A program made the translations under genes and the position numbers. A stretch of 64,000 nt of DNA from the human T2T-CHM13v2.0 reference genome, Homo sapiens. Under the pieces are notes generated by a model. The model ran no database searches. It had not been told where the DNA came from and was given only the letters and a program-made list of their open reading frames with translations. The stretch is from assembly GCF_009914755.1 (NCBI RefSeq), contig NC_060928.1. One strand, written 5' to 3'. This document shows, piece by piece, positions 27,730 to 42,449 of the stretch (position 1 is the stretch's first letter; the number at the start of each line of letters is the position of its first letter).

Positions 27730-28140
27730 AATGGTGTGCAGATTTTACAATCAGTTAGACCTGGATTATAATCCTAGCTCTCCCACATACTTGTCATGTT
27801 ATGTAACCTTTTTAAGTTTAACCTCTCTAAATCTCAGTTTAATCACTGATAAAGTAGAGCTAAAAATACTTAGTTCAGAATATTTTGTGAGGATCATGTG
27901 ATGTAGAATCTAGTGGTTAAGGATTCAGGGACTGAGAATGTAAAGATTAAATTATAGGTTCTGGAACCGGACTCCTTGGATGCCAATTTATGTATTTGGG
28001 TAATTTTACTTAATTCTCTCTGCTTCAGTTTTCTCATCTCTGTGAATGGGGAGCTAAGTGCTCCTATCTTTTAGGGTTTGTTGTTAATGCCGGGTATGTA
28101 ATAGTAATCAATGAGGTTAATTATCATTATCTGTGCCATT
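27730..28140 (+). mobile_element. Two adjacent MIR fragments
   Basis: Two copies of the MIR core: aacctctctaaatctcagttt and ttaattctctctgcttcagttttctcatct. Confidence 0.65.
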
Positions 28141-29269
28141 ATATGAACATACAAAAGACTTTTGTTGTTGCTACTATTTTTGTTATTAAGACAAGAATAT
28201 TTACATGAGCTAAACATGGCAGTGATGAGAAAGCTGTGATTAGTGAAGACCTGTGAAACCAGGGCTCCTCTAAAATTTAAAGCCACAAGCTTAATTCCAG
28301 ATATGTTGAAATAGGTTCTATGCTGAGCATGTGTGATTTGCCATTACCAAGAATGACTCAGCATCTGAGTAAGTAAGGATCACTCTAAATGAAAAGGCCA
28401 TAAGCTAAGGCTGAACAAGAAAAGGGAAGTGAGAAAATACAAGACCATGCAGCCAGCATTGTAAGTTTTAAGAAGAAAACTAGATACGTGCCTACTGAGA
28501 ATTTTGTTATGTCTTTCTCAGAGTTATTATAACATCCCTGGCTTGTTCTGCTCTGCTAAGAAGCTGCTGAAGATGTGTCACAATAAGTCATTTCTCACTG
28601 GGATCATCCCTTTAATTGCATTTTTAAAAAATGTACACTAAAGAACATTACTAGACACTTAGATTCTCAAGATCTTAATTTCCTTAGCTGAAAAATTGAG
28701 GGATTGTATAAGTTCTGTAATAACCTTTCAATTGATAAGTTATATGATTCTATGATCACATACCATATTTGGCTTTCCCTAGCATGCCACCTTCAGAGAG
28801 AGGAATGTGTGATAGTTGTAGCCACATTTTAGGAAGGTCCTTAGGGAACTTCATGTAATTAAAAACCTTTGGTTAAAGTCCACTGCCATAAATTCAGTGC
28901 TATAATGGGCTCTATTCAGTAGAGATTTCAATTTATAACATGTGTACATTAAATAAGGTAATTTATAATGAACCAAAGCCTGAGGGAGATCTGACTATTT
29001 TTCAGTACATTGTATTTTACCATTTTCTATTACAGGGTAGAACTGCCTATAAGGGGAATTGCTTCAAAATTTATGTTACGATTCATATTGGAAGCTTCTC
29101 ACTTCACTTGATTCATTAAATCTTATAGCTATTCTAAATTCTGAAGTACTCCTGGCTTTGTACATATTATCTGTCTCAATAGTCATCATTACTTCTTCAG
29201 AAGCATTTTGCTTTTTTTCTCCTATGATATATGATGAAGCAACAATTATAACTGACATCTTCTAAGAGT

Positions 29270-29460
29270 AGCATGTGGCACCCTGTGCTCAGTGGGTGAG
29301 CTGCATTATCTCATTTAATCTTCATAGGAACCCTGCAAGGCAGGTGCTATCAGTACCGCTATTTTATAGAAGAGTAAACTGAGGTTTTGACAGTGTCACT
29401 ATCTTGCTCTGGGTTACACAAGTGGCGAAGTTGGGACACTCTGGCTACTAATTTCACACT
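29270..29460 (-). mobile_element. MIR
   Basis: cattatctcatttaatcttcataggaaccctgcaaggcaggtgctat...ctattttatagaagagtaaactgagg. Confidence 0.8.
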
Positions 29461-30717
29461 TCTAATTACTCAGCTTTCTAGATGACCATGAGGGAGGGAT
29501 TGACAACAAAGATGGCAAAAGCTTCTGCATTTAAATGTGCAACCTTCACTAACAAAAAAACCTCAAAATGTTCAAGTGTACTTTGAGCACTTACCGTTAT
29601 TTTGTAGAATTTGGGAATTCTTTCTAACGGCAAGTATTTTGTTTTCTAAAAGTCTGTCCACTGTACTTTTCTCAGATGGACAAATCTATTAAAATCTATT
29701 TTTAGTAAAACTAACAATTCATCCATGCTTTCAGTAAGTTCAGTAATTATTTCTTTTTGGAAGTGGCTTATAAAACTTCCCTGGAGCATCTTTGCCTTTT
29801 ATGCTCTTGAAAAAATAAATTATTCTGAGTTCCCTCTGTCCTTAAAGAGCTGTTATTACTAACTGAATCCTTAGCATCACAAATAGGCCAAGGGGTAAGA
29901 GGCTTTTATTGATACTGTTCATTAAAATATTCATAACTAGGAATTTAAGATGCATTCCCTGTTGAGTGCAATCAAGCTATTATTGCATTTGTGTATCTTT
30001 CACCTAGCTTTTTGGAAGTAATTTTCCAAACTATAAAAAGTGTTAGATCTTATAAGTGGAGCACATACTTTTGGTGTATTGTGGGAGACTGGGAATGTGA
30101 CAGACGCTTTTTCTCTCCCCAGGATGTCTTGTCAATTAATTCTTTAACCACTAATTGATGGGTGGTACAAGACACTGGGCTAGGTACTTTGACAGATACG
30201 GAAAATACAAGTATATGGTCCCTGGGACAAAAAGATGTATATTTAAAGAAATCAAGAACAACTTATAAAGTCTCACGAGAATACTGACAGCACTAAATTC
30301 TTTACAGAGAGAGGAATTTGTGTGGTGTTGTTTTGGAAGATTTAATAGAAGTGGTGAGCTTTGAGCTTGTTTCTGAAGGATGAACAGGAGGTAAAGGCCG
30401 GGAGGGATACAATAAACTAAATCTAGAGGCAGGGCCATAACCTCAAGACATGCTCAGGACAGCAAATATGTCCTCCCAGCTAAAGGGAATATGTGTGTAA
30501 GGGCAAAATGAAAAAAAAAAAAAAATGAGGATAGTGTGTATCCAGGTGGTAAAGAAGCTTGAAGGCTAATTTAAGAAGTTGGATCTTAATCATCAAAAGA
30601 GGCAATGAAAGTTTGTAAAATGGATAATCAACATGGTGGTAAAAACAATTTTTAAAGAAAGATAAAAATCATGACTCTCCTACAAGGAAGAAAATAAACA
30701 TTCATTAAAGATGATAT

Positions 30718-31470
<753 letters not shown>

Positions 31471-32359
31471 AAATAGATGATGTAACTCATAATAAAGGGA
31501 AAAGGCAAATGTTAAAAAAAACTCAAAGAACAGACACATTTATTGATTAGGAATATTGAAATGAATGTGCAAATGGAGGCAGAACTGTTGTTTTAGAATA
31601 AGGAGGGTGTCTCTTCACTGGACGGAATATTTGCATGTCTATAGGTAAGATTTATTTTGCATCTTTATTAGCTATCTACAAAGTATAAAGTTGTAATAAT
31701 CAGAAAACTCAGTGTATAGTGTTGTGCAAGCTGATTTGAAATGGAGGCTAAAGGTCTGTTTAGTGGTGGATAGGATGTCTATAGTGTGAATGGTATAGGA
31801 GAAAGGAATGTAACAGCAAATATGTGGTCTGGACATAATTTCATGATTAATCATGAAATTACAAGGGACAGTGAAGAATGTGTGATATATGTGAGTTTCT
31901 AATTTCCATCCCTGTGCAAATAAGAGTAGTATAGACAAATATAAAAACCACATGAGCTTAATTTTATACAATCGAGTCTAAAGTGCCATTTAAATGGAAT
32001 TGTCCAATTGCATTCCTTTTATTTACTTTCCACAGTGGGAATTGCATGTTCTACTCTACTGTTATACTTTCCCTAGGAATTTATACTCTGCTAGAATAGT
32101 GGGCACTTCTCCTGTGAAGTGAGCTCTTCGGAGTGGTAAGCAGGATGCAGGCAAAAGAAGGCCTATTATATATCAGTATAAAGAGACTTATCATTGGATA
32201 AGGCATTTTGTTTCTAGAAAGTGCCTGAAATGAAAATATGTTTCCTTGCAAGTAAGATCTTCCTTTCTGAGGCTAACGCTATCAAATTGGTGTGTCAAAG
32301 GAATAACAGGACCCAGAGGAAATGTGGCTCAGGGCTGGTAAATTTTGAGGCTGGAAAAT

Positions 32360-32570
32360 GATAAATATTTATTGTGTGCTGTTCGTGTGCATGGCACTCT
32401 TTTAGGTATTTTCCTAGCATTACCTTCTATTACCCTCACAAGAACCCAATGGGGTAGGTGATATTAGTATCTCCACTTATGAACAAAGAGACTAAGAGAG
32501 TTTAAGTTACTTGCCATGGCTCACAGGCCTACTAATGTCAGAGCCAGGACTGAGCTTGGGCTTGTGATTC
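32360..32570 (-). mobile_element. MIR
   Basis: aaatatttattg...ccctcacaagaacccaatggggtaggtgatattagtatctccactt...gagtttaagttacttgcca. Confidence 0.7.
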
Positions 32571-32939
32571 CATACATGCAGCTACTTACCCCTCTCCCCT
32601 GCCACTTATGAAGAGTAAAAGGTTCACAGTGAAGGCTCTTCAAGGGAAGTCAGAACTAAGATGAGGGTTATAGCAAAAGTCCTGCCCGGAAATGTGAAAG
32701 TTCTGCATGTCTGGGGACAGGAAAATAGAAGTGCACAAGGAAAAGAAGATCATTCCTAGCTGGAAACCTGGAGGTTTTGAATTCAAGATAACAAGGATAT
32801 CAAATTTTATCTTAGGATTGTGTCTTTACACAGAGTTGTTTCTTTGGGAACAATCAACATTCTGGTAGGAGTGTGGGCTATGAAACACCACCTGTAAATT
32901 CATAAGTGTCTTTGCTATTTACTAAGCAGTTTAACACTG

Positions 32940-33090
32940 CACAATGTGCTCTCTGTGCTGCAGTCTTCTCAACTGTAAAATGGGTATGACAGCTTCATTA
33001 GCATTATTGTGAGGAATAAATGAGTTCACTTGTAGAGCACTTAGAACAGTTGCCGGAACATAGTAAGCATTCTGTGAATATTTGCTATCA
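32940..33090 (+). mobile_element. MIR
   Basis: ctctctgtgctgcagtcttctcaactgtaaaatggg...ttgtgaggaataaatgag...agcacttagaacagttgccggaacatagtaagcattc. Confidence 0.85.
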
Positions 33091-33153
33091 TAAACAACAT
33101 TGATTATATTAATGACACAATTCACTTTCCAGAGCATTTGAGTATATTGTGGT

Positions 33154-33231
33154 TGTATCAGTCATGGTTCTTTAAAGAAACAAAACCAATATGATATGTG
33201 TGTGTGTGTGTGTGAATCTATCTATCATCGG

Positions 33232-33272
<41 letters not shown>

Positions 33273-33685
33273 GCATATATCTATATCTCTTTATTTTAAA
33301 AAGTTAATTCACATGATTGTGAAGTCTTGGCAAGTCCAAAATTTGATGAGGGAGGCTGGCAGGCTAGAGACTCAGGAAAGAGTTACAGTTCCAGTCCAAA
33401 AGCGGTCAGGCTGGGGACCCAGGAAGAGTCGATGTTGAAGTACAAGGCAGTCTGCTGGAGAATTCCTTCTTGCTTCTGGTGGGTCACTCTTGTTCTATTC
33501 AGGCCTTCATCTGATTGGATGAGGCCCACCCACATTATGGAGAGCAATCTTCTTCACTCAGAGTTAACTGATTTAAATATTAATCCCACTCAAAAGCATC
33601 CTCAGAGAAACATCGACAATAATGTTTGATAAGATATCTGGACACTATGGACCAGCAAAGTTGACATATAAAATTAGCCATCAAA
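33154..33685 (-). mobile_element. MLT2 (C/D-like) ERVL solo LTR
   Basis: tgtatcagtcatggttct...ctgattggatgaggcccacccacattatggagagcaatct...aagttgacatataaaattagccatca. Perfect 5-bp TSD gtggt (33149-33153 / 33686-33690). Confidence 0.9.
33197..33271. repeat. Compound STR (TG)9 ... (TCTA)10
   Basis: Read directly; it lies in the simple-repeat zone of the MLT2 LTR. Confidence 0.95.
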
Positions 33686-34859
33686 GTGGTAAATCATCTT
33701 AGCTTTTGCATCACAGTCTTTGACTACGTGGATCACTTATTTTATGCCATAGAAAAATAAACTTATAATTGGATGTCAGATGTCAACTATTTCTTTAGAG
33801 AGTGTGTCTTTTAGAGTATATTTCTTTCATTCTTTTGTCTCTTATGATTTTGAAGGATTTTCTTCCTCACCCCATGCATATTTAACTAGTGGAACCAGAT
33901 GAGATCCAGCCTTTTGGGGAGGTATTCAAAAGCATTTTCCTTAAAACACATCCATAGTCAATGCCCTTTCCCTTAAAGTAATTCATAATGAACCCACAAA
34001 GGAATAAAAAACAAATGAGGCAAATGGAAATTTATTCAGTTAGATTTTAACTTTTTATAAAATCTTTTATGGAATCTTACTGTTGGCTTCTTTGTTCAAA
34101 GTTTGAAGAGGTTTATACTGAAGTTGATGCTAGCCTTGCTGCAGTTTTAAAATTTCTTTTGTGAAATCCTTCACTTTTTTAATCAGGCTTTTGTTGAGAA
34201 TCACTGGTCTCGTTCTGCAACAGATCCCCTTCTGTATACACCTTTGGAAACACTGCAGGAACAGACTTCCATTTGCTTATCTATTAATCATTCTGAGTCC
34301 TTATCGAGTAGCTCGTTCTTCATTCAGGGATCTCTGGAGTGTACCTCAGTCACAAACAGGATGTTAGTTTTGTGAGTGTAGTTTTGGGTATTTGTTTTAC
34401 ACATATAGACTCAAGCAAGAAATTATTTTTTTATCCTAGGTTAATAAAAAGGCATATCATAGAGTTCTTACTTTAGCTCAAATCCAGCATTACAGCTATC
34501 TTCCCTATCACCTGGTTGGAAGTTCTTTTTCCTGGGATGTTGATTTGATGTTAATTTTAAACACCATTTTCCTTTCCAAGTATTTTAAGCTGTGAAATTA
34601 ATATGTGCTCACTGCAGCTAGTGAAACAAGGAAAAAATTGTTAAGAAAAAGCTAATGATGTCTTTCTACCTCTTTAAGGAGACCAATGCCAACAACTCCA
34701 AGGTTATAGAAACACATACAAAGACATGCTAGTGTTGTTTGATTTTATAAATGATATAACACACATGAATTTGCAACTTGTTTTCGTCCTTTAACAATTC
34801 ACTATGGACAGCTCTATAGGTCAACAGATAGACGTATTTCTCATTTAAAAAATCGCTCC

Positions 34860-35385
34860 TGTTTCAGCCTGGGTTCTCACAAAAGATCTCAGATAAAGGC
34901 TTGTCTACAGGCAGTTTATTCTAGAAAGTGATCCTAAGGACGAAGAGTGGAGGACTGGAAATAGTGAAGCAGAGGAGGAGGGAAAGAGTGAACAGGGGAG
35001 GAGTGGCTCAATATGAAGCTGGTCAGAACTGTGGGAAGCTGGGGATTTTGCAGAGCAGTGTAGAATGCATCTTGGAGTGATCCGCCCAAGGGACAGAAGA
35101 GAAGCCACTTACCTATGGGCTCCCACTCTCTTGTGGCCAGGGTATGTCCCATGCCCTTTGCAATTTCAGGTTTGCATGTGTGTTGGAATGGCTGAGTTAA
35201 TACTTACAAATGTCCCAAAGTGTTGACAGAGAGACTCTGGGAACAAAGCAGGAAGTGTGCCATGCAGCTGAAGCAAAGTACTGTCAATCATACCTGCAAG
35301 CAGCTGGTTGCTACAGCAACAGCTGGAGTAAAATGTGGACTGAGAGTATGTGAGATGATACCCAAGAGATGTCTAAAACGACCAC
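34860..35385 (-). mobile_element. LTR16-like ERVL LTR
   Basis: tgtttcagcctgggttctcacaaaag...caggcagtttattctagaaagtgatcctaagga...agagcagtgtagaatgcatctt resembles the LTR16 family. Confidence 0.55.
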
Positions 35386-37438
35386 ATAACGTTCCATAAT
35401 GTGTATGTACCACATCTGTTTAACAATACACAGTTGGATAGATATTTTTTTTTCCCATTTTAGTTTTTGCTACCACAATGTTGCCCTGAAAATCCTTATA
35501 CATATATTCTTATTTACTAGTGCTTTTAGGTCTATATAATGTATTCCTCAAAGTGTAGTTGCTGGTTCAAAGCACTTCTCATCTACTAACTCATTCATTC
35601 CTCTCACAGCTGAGTCATTATTCCTGTCCTTGTGTTTCACTTGAGGAATCAGGGGCACATTGGAGTCCAAGAAATAAAGGCAGTTTGAATTTTTAAATGG
35701 CTACAAAAAACTAGATTCCAAAATATTCTTGGACTGTAAAAAAAGAAAATTTTGACATTATTAAATCAATGTGTTTTTATTTCCTTAACCTATAAATCAT
35801 GTTTTCTGCAGCATCATATCTTCAGTGAAGGGAGGCAGGTAGATGCTGCTCCCAGAAAAAGGAGGCTATGAACTAGCAGAACTCTTTCGCACAAGAAAAT
35901 GAAGTGGAAAGCCTGATGCTTGCTGACAAATGTACCTGGAAGGTCACCAGGAGTAGAAAAATTAAGTCCACAGAGGGTTTGGCACCTCCTCACCCCTTCG
36001 TTATTCTGACCTCCTCATTGAGAAAGAGCACAAACACACAGTGCTCATGACCACAGAGGCAATGAATACACGGAAGTCAAGAATGGAAAATTGCTCAAGG
36101 TCCTATGGGAATTAATAGTGAAACTTACGTACATATTTTAACTCCCCAAAGTTTTAACTCAAGAGAGCATTAGACAAATATAGTTTAACTCTCTCCAAAG
36201 ATGTTGAAGAATCCATCGCTTCTCTCCCATTCAAGATATAACAATAATGTCTTAATGACATTGTCTCCAGAGAATGTTAGGCTGTCTTGAAAACCCGTGA
36301 CATTAGCCTTTTAGTTTAACTAGATTCTTGTGATTCTAGATGAGACATTTAAGGGCAGCTGTCCTTTATGACCTCCAATGCAATTGAAGAAGCAACGTGG
36401 TACATGTTTCCCTGAATAGGAAGGAAAAGAGAATTATGATGTATGTAGCATGAGGTGGAATCATTTCCCTGAAGACTGTGATTGTATTGTGCAGATTTTG
36501 TGCCTAATTAGCATTTCCAAATATGGATTTGATTGTCCTATGGTATTGCATGTTCATACTTACCAAGGATACAAGAACAAGTAACAGCTTTCTTACCAAT
36601 AAGACATCTTATTTTCCTTGCACTTACTGGCTGCATAGAAACTACAGAAAATAAATCTCTCTTGAACATTTGTGAGATTTCCTCTTAAAATGAAGGAAAT
36701 GTATCCCTCCTACAGATTGCAAGCAATTCTAAACTCTTTCCTAGGAGATTTCTCCTTAAATTCTTTGTGGCAAAATGCAATTTATTTTGAGTAGTCTTGA
36801 GTTCCTTAGGACTTTAATAAGTTTAATGAATGTTTAGCTGTCATTTCCTACATCAATGCTGTCTACTATGAGCAGCCATGAGCTTTAGATGTTAGTTCTT
36901 TATTGATCTACCAGACCAACTCCTTTCAGGGCTGGCAGGTCGGCATTAGCCATTTTAAAAACTTGTATGATTCTGAATGCCATAAGAAACAATAGTAAAA
37001 AAGTACTTTGATGTAAAGTGGATATTAGAAATGGAAATAATATGTTCATCAGTGTTGGCAACTACTGTTCCTCTGTCATTCTGATCTCCTCAAGGAGGAG
37101 GAATGCAAATGCCTGTCAAGGACCACTGTGGACACAATAGACACAGAAGCACCAAAAATGGTTATATTATATGTACATGCAGATGGTGGGATGCATGATA
37201 AGACAATGTGTCACTCAGACCATGGGAGTTGGAGACTAAAGCTTTTATGGGAGACAGAGGATTATAAAGGTAGGAGATCTGGAGGCTATCTTTATTAATT
37301 TATCATCCAAGTGCAGAGGGCTTTGATGTGGGTGCACTTTAAGCAGGTAGGAGATCTTGGTTTTAGTCAGATGAGTATTAGATTGAGCCATATGAGAAAG
37401 AAAGAGAAGATCAGACTGCCAAGACTAGTGTAGCTCTT

Positions 37439-37763
37439 TCTTTTTCTTTTCTTTTCTTTTTTCTTTTTTTTTTTTTTTTTGAGACAGAGTCTCGCTCTTT
37501 CACCCAGGCTGGAGTGCAGTGGCGCAATCTGGGCTCACTGCAACATCCGCCTTCCTTCCGGGTTCAAGTGTTTCTCTTGCCTCAGCCTCCTGAGTATCTG
37601 GGATTACAGGTGCCTGCCACCATGTCCGGCTAATTTTTGTATTTTTAGTAGAGACGGGGTTTCACCATGTTGGTCAGGCAGGTCTTGAACTCCTACCTTG
37701 TGATCTGCCTGCCTTGGCCTCCCAAAGTGCTGGGATTACAGACATGAGCCACCGCACCTGGCC
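37439..37763 (-). mobile_element. AluS (Sg-like), full length
   Basis: T/CT-rich tail and a complete antisense Alu. TSD tagtgtagctctt (37426-37438) / tagtgtggctctt (37764-37776). Confidence 0.95.
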
Positions 37764-38561
37764 TAGTGTGGCTCTTAGTTTGAAAGAAGAGTGACAAAAG
37801 TGAGGCCAGGTGGTCTTGGAGGCTCCAGTATTTTCTGACCTAGTTTTCTAAGCTAGGAGAGAACATAAAGATTTGCGGCAAAACCCTGGCTATGAATGAG
37901 GATTATATGCTGGCCTGTGCCACTGCAGAAACTGCAAGACAAGCACTCACTCAGTGGAGGAGAGAGATGCCCTAGCATCTGGCAGAGTAAGCCTGGGGCA
38001 ACCTCTATGAAATCCTCAGCACAAACTGCACAATGGGAAAAGAGTTGTTTCCAGAAGAGATAATTATGTGCCAGACCAGAGCCTTCTGATTTAGATAGTC
38101 TCATAAAAAATTTAAAAAGACAATTATGAAGTTTGTCATATGGCATTGGAGAAAAATCTCCCTATTAAGTTCTAGGATTCTTCAAGATGATTTGGTTTCT
38201 ACTGGGCTACCCAAAGAGAATTGCTTGGCTGCTATAGCAACTGTGTCCCTGGATATATAGCAATTGACAAAAACACTCTTTATATGCTGATTTTTATGCG
38301 TAGAAACGTAGGCTGGGCTGGTGAGATGGATAAAATAACAAGCTGGATGATAAAATTGCTATAAGACAATGCTGTAACTATCCTTTATCACACGCTTTAC
38401 ATTCCATTCACCAACAAATCCTGTCAACTCCATCACTCTCACCCTGGTCTCCTGTATGCCCTCTTGTCTTTCATCCATCTACTCTCCAAACAACTGTCAG
38501 AGTAGTCACTTACAAATACAATTCAGATTACTTTATTCTTTCAATTTAAACCCTCCAGTGG

Positions 38562-39368
38562 TGTATCAGTCAGCTCTTGCTTCAACAATTCTGCTTAACA
38601 AACCGCCATAACTTTTAGTGGTTTACAATAGCATTCATTTTTCTCACCCACAGGCAGCTGAGGTAGCTCTGCTTCACGCTTTACGATGGGTTCTGGTGTG
38701 TTCCATGAATCTTATTCTGGAGCCCTTGCTGAAGAGGCAGTGACCTGGAGCCTTTTCTTCGAATGGTGTATTAGTCTGTTCTCACACTGCTAATAAAGAC
38801 ATACCCGAGACTGGGTAATTTATAAAGGAAAGAGGTTTAATTGACTCATACTTCCACATGGCTGGGGAGACCTCACAATCATGGCAGAGGGTGAATGGGG
38901 AACAAAGTCACATCTTATATGGTGGCAGCCAAGAGAGCAGGTGCAGGGGAACTCCCCTTTGCAAAACCATCAGATCTCGTGGGACTTATTCACTATCATG
39001 AGAACAGCATGGGAAAGACCTGTCCCCGTGATTCAGTTACCTTCCACCAGGTTCCTTCTGCAACACATGGGAATTATGGAAGCTACAATTCAAGATGAGA
39101 TTCGGGCGAGGACCCAGCCAAACCATATCAGATGCTAAGCAAGGTAATGTCTCCAGAAGCCTAGACAGCCAATGTGAGCATATTTAAGGCTTCTGAGTCA
39201 CATTTGTTAACATTCCATTGGCCAAAGCAAGTCACATGCATCAAGGGTATGAGGAAATATACTCTACTTCCATAGGAGGACACTGCAACAAAATATGGCA
39301 AAGGATATGAGTGTGTAATTCTATTACAGACAAGTGAAACATTGTGAGGAATAACTGAGTCTCCTCAA
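38562..39368 (-). mobile_element. Old MLT1 LTR, interrupted by THE1C
   Basis: tgtatcagtcagctcttgct...taacaaacc...ttagtggtttacaat...cattccattggccaaagcaagtcacatg. TSD agtgg (38557-38561 / 39369-39373). Confidence 0.75.
38767..39130 (-). mobile_element. THE1C-like MaLR solo LTR
   Basis: tgtattagtctgttctcacactgctaataaagacatacccgagactgggtaatttataaaggaaagagg ... cagccaaaccatatca; 364 bp. Confidence 0.92.
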
Positions 39369-41140
39369 AGTGGCTTCCAGTGGCACTTGGAAAAAAACCC
39401 CAAAACTGCAGCGTTTATTGCAGCTTGTAAGGATCTATGTTATCTGGCCTCTGGCTACCTTTCTGAAATAATTTTCTACCACTTCCTACCTTTCTTTCTC
39501 TGTTGCAGGTGCTCTGGTCCTTCTACTTCTTGTACTCTCCCAGCATATTGTTCCTGGACTTTCACATTCTTCATTACTTCTGCCTGAAATTCCCTGCACA
39601 CTTCTGCACAGCTCCCTCTCTTTTGCCTCATTCTGACCCCTGATCAAATGACAGTGCCTAAGAAAGTTCTTCCCCAGCTGCACTGTTTAACGTAGCAGCA
39701 CTTGCAACACTCCTTTTTAACCTGCTATATTATTTTTCTCCTCAGCACTTAGCACTACTTGTCAAGTGTTCTAAACTTATTTATTAGATTCTTGTCTGTC
39801 TGTCTCCTATAGGAGAATGTAAGCTCTGTGAACGCAAGGGCATTGATGATCCCATACATTGTGGAGGTGCAAAAGATAATTGTTGAATGAATGGATAAGC
39901 TGAATTGCATTAACTGCCAGGTTCCATTCATTTCCTGCAGCTTCTTTGGGATATACTAGTATGTGGCCATGTGAAGAGATAAAATACTCACAGGCCAAGT
40001 GCAAAGTTGTTGTTGTTTTCCCTCTATAGATTCTTGGATACAAGCTCCTTTCACACAGGGAAAATATTGATCTCAGAGTCATTTTTCTTACATATTCCTT
40101 TCCAGGTAGTTCTTGCCAGGTTTTAGAAATTGAAGGCCTAAGATTTTGTTATGAGCTTCGATCACTCATTTGCTTGAGTCAATGCACTCTGGATTGTTTG
40201 TGTGTTTGTGTGTATCAGGAATTGGCAAATTTAATGTTGGGTGCCAAGTTACCAACTCGTGTTTTTTGTTTTGTTTTAACTTTTCTTTTCAGGGGCAGAA
40301 GTTCACTTTTTTAAATTAGGTGTGGATATATTTGAATATGTGATTGTTCTTACTCTTCAGACCTAGGGGTTTGACTGAGAGTAAATGATCTGTCACTTGA
40401 GAGAGATATTGAAGCAGGCACTTTCAGAAACAGGATCTCCTTAGAGACTGGTATATAGGGAGAATTGGAGATGGCGAGAGGCTCAGTTTCTACTGGACAG
40501 GTCCAACAACAGCATGCAGATCATGGGTAGATAATCTCTCACATATGCAAGTATGCCAAACCAACAATATCTCATCCCTACTCTGCAGGCCAGGCGCAGC
40601 CAAATGTCAGCCACCAGGAGGACAGTGTGTATTGCAGCAGGGCGGGAGTCATTTCCAAAAAAGAGCTCATTATCAGTTAATAATTTGGGATGAAGTTAGG
40701 AAGAAGAGCTGTGATTTTGAGTTCTGGGAATCAAGCCAGAATCTGGAACTGGGATGGCAGCCAATCAGTGTGTCAAGCTGAGCAGCAAGGAAACCAGGGA
40801 ACAAGGCGAAGGTCCACCATGGGATAACAAGAAAAAAGAGCAAGATATGGAGGGGCAGTTCTGAAAGTCATTCTGTGAATGCCGCTTGTGTGCCATGGAA
40901 TTCCTCTTAGGTATGGCATATGATTGAGCTGAACCAGGTATATAAAAGATGTGTGCTCCGAATCTTTATATAAATTATAGTTCCATTTATTTATTTATCT
41001 TTAATTGCCATTATTGTTTGGGTAAAAGGTATAATTCAAAGGTATATAGATTTTGGAATTAGAAGGAACATGAGTTGTATAACAACAAAATTCAAAAGTG
41101 TGCTAAAATGTTCTAAACTAGTCATTTGTGTATTCTGTAA

Positions 41141-41300
41141 TTTTTAACTTTTCCTAGGCTTGAGGTCTCCTTCTGTTGCCCAAGCTAGAGTACAGTGGCA
41201 CTATCATGGCTCACTGCAGCCCTGAACTCCTGGCCTCAAGTGATCCTCCCACCTCAGCCTCCTGCGTTGGGATTACAGGTGTGAGCCACCCCACCTGGTT
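41141..41300 (-). mobile_element. Free Alu monomer (FAM/FRAM-like)
   Basis: Single monomer: tgttgcccaagctagagtacagtggcactatcatggctcactgcagccctgaactcctggcctcaagtgatcctccc...gagccacc. Confidence 0.8.
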
Positions 41301-42449
41301 CAAGTCATTTGATAGATGAATATTTAGTCCCCATAGGTAGCAAGATTGATGCTTGTTACTCCAGTTGAAGGTAGAAGAGAAAGGATGTGAAAATAAATAA
41401 TTGGGTCTATTTCTAAGCCCAAATTTCTTCTTTCAGAACTCGAACAATATATTTAGATCCTAATGGGGGTGACATTTAATGGAATACACATTTTTAAATT
41501 ATTAAAGTACACAGTTTAAATAAAATATTTTTGTATATAACCAATACATATTTTGACACCTTTAAATTTTAATTTATCATCATTTTATTTTATCTTTAAG
41601 TTTACTTTAGGTCAGTATGCTGACATAAAGAACAAACTTTAAAATAAAATCTATAATTATACTGGCAATAGTAAACATATTGGTAAGCAAGCAGGTCTCA
41701 TTCACGCAATTGTTTTGGGCATCAGGTAGTTTTAAATGAACACTGGTGAAAACTGCATTCCAATAATTCATACTGGTTTACTAAGATTTTCTCTCTTTGT
41801 AAAAAAATCACATAGTCTAGGAAAACATCTTTCATCTGAGATATTGACAAGGCACACTTTCTAGGATTATTTGGTTCATGTAATTAATTATTCTGTTCTG
41901 CCTGATACGTACATATTTTTTATTTCCAGCAGATTCCTTTTCTCTATTTACCCTCTTCCCAAACGAGTTTTAGACAGCAGATAATTTCAAATCAATTGTC
42001 TTGAATAATATAAGGACTTTCTTGTTTATTCATGGGAAGTCCTCATCACAATGTCTGGCACAAAGTAGGCAGTCTCTAACATGGGTGTCTGTACTCTCCC
42101 CAGACCTACATGTTTCCTCATCTTTCCTACTGTTCCCTCATTCAACAAATACTTACTGAGTGCCAGACAGGCTGGTCCAAAATTATATGATAATGAACTG
42201 CCCAAGTGGGATGCATTATGGCACTGGGCAGGGTCAAGGCCAAGACTATAATCAAGTTATATGGCCCATTTATATTTCCCAGTATTTCTAACAGAATTGT
42301 ATCTTTTCAGTTTGAGTCTTCAATGGTTCTATAAGCAACAGCTCCCAGTTATTTGCCAAACTCTCTATGACAAAATATAAAGATAATATAAAATTCTTCA
42401 TTTATAGTATTTTTTCATAATAGAACATTATTTTACATCATAGTATCAT

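Larger units (their letters stand above)
38400..39900 (+). mobile_element. L2 3' region, split by a nested MLT1/THE1 insertion
   Basis: Left piece ends tttaaaccctccagtgg and the right piece resumes agtggcttcc. It ends gaatgtaagctctgtgaa...ttgttgaatgaatgga, an L2 tail. Confidence 0.7.

Noticed and set aside
40588-40627. CTCF-like gccaccaggaggacag and ORF 40545..40781
   Set aside because: Two mismatches at informative core positions; the ORF is short with no recognisable homology.
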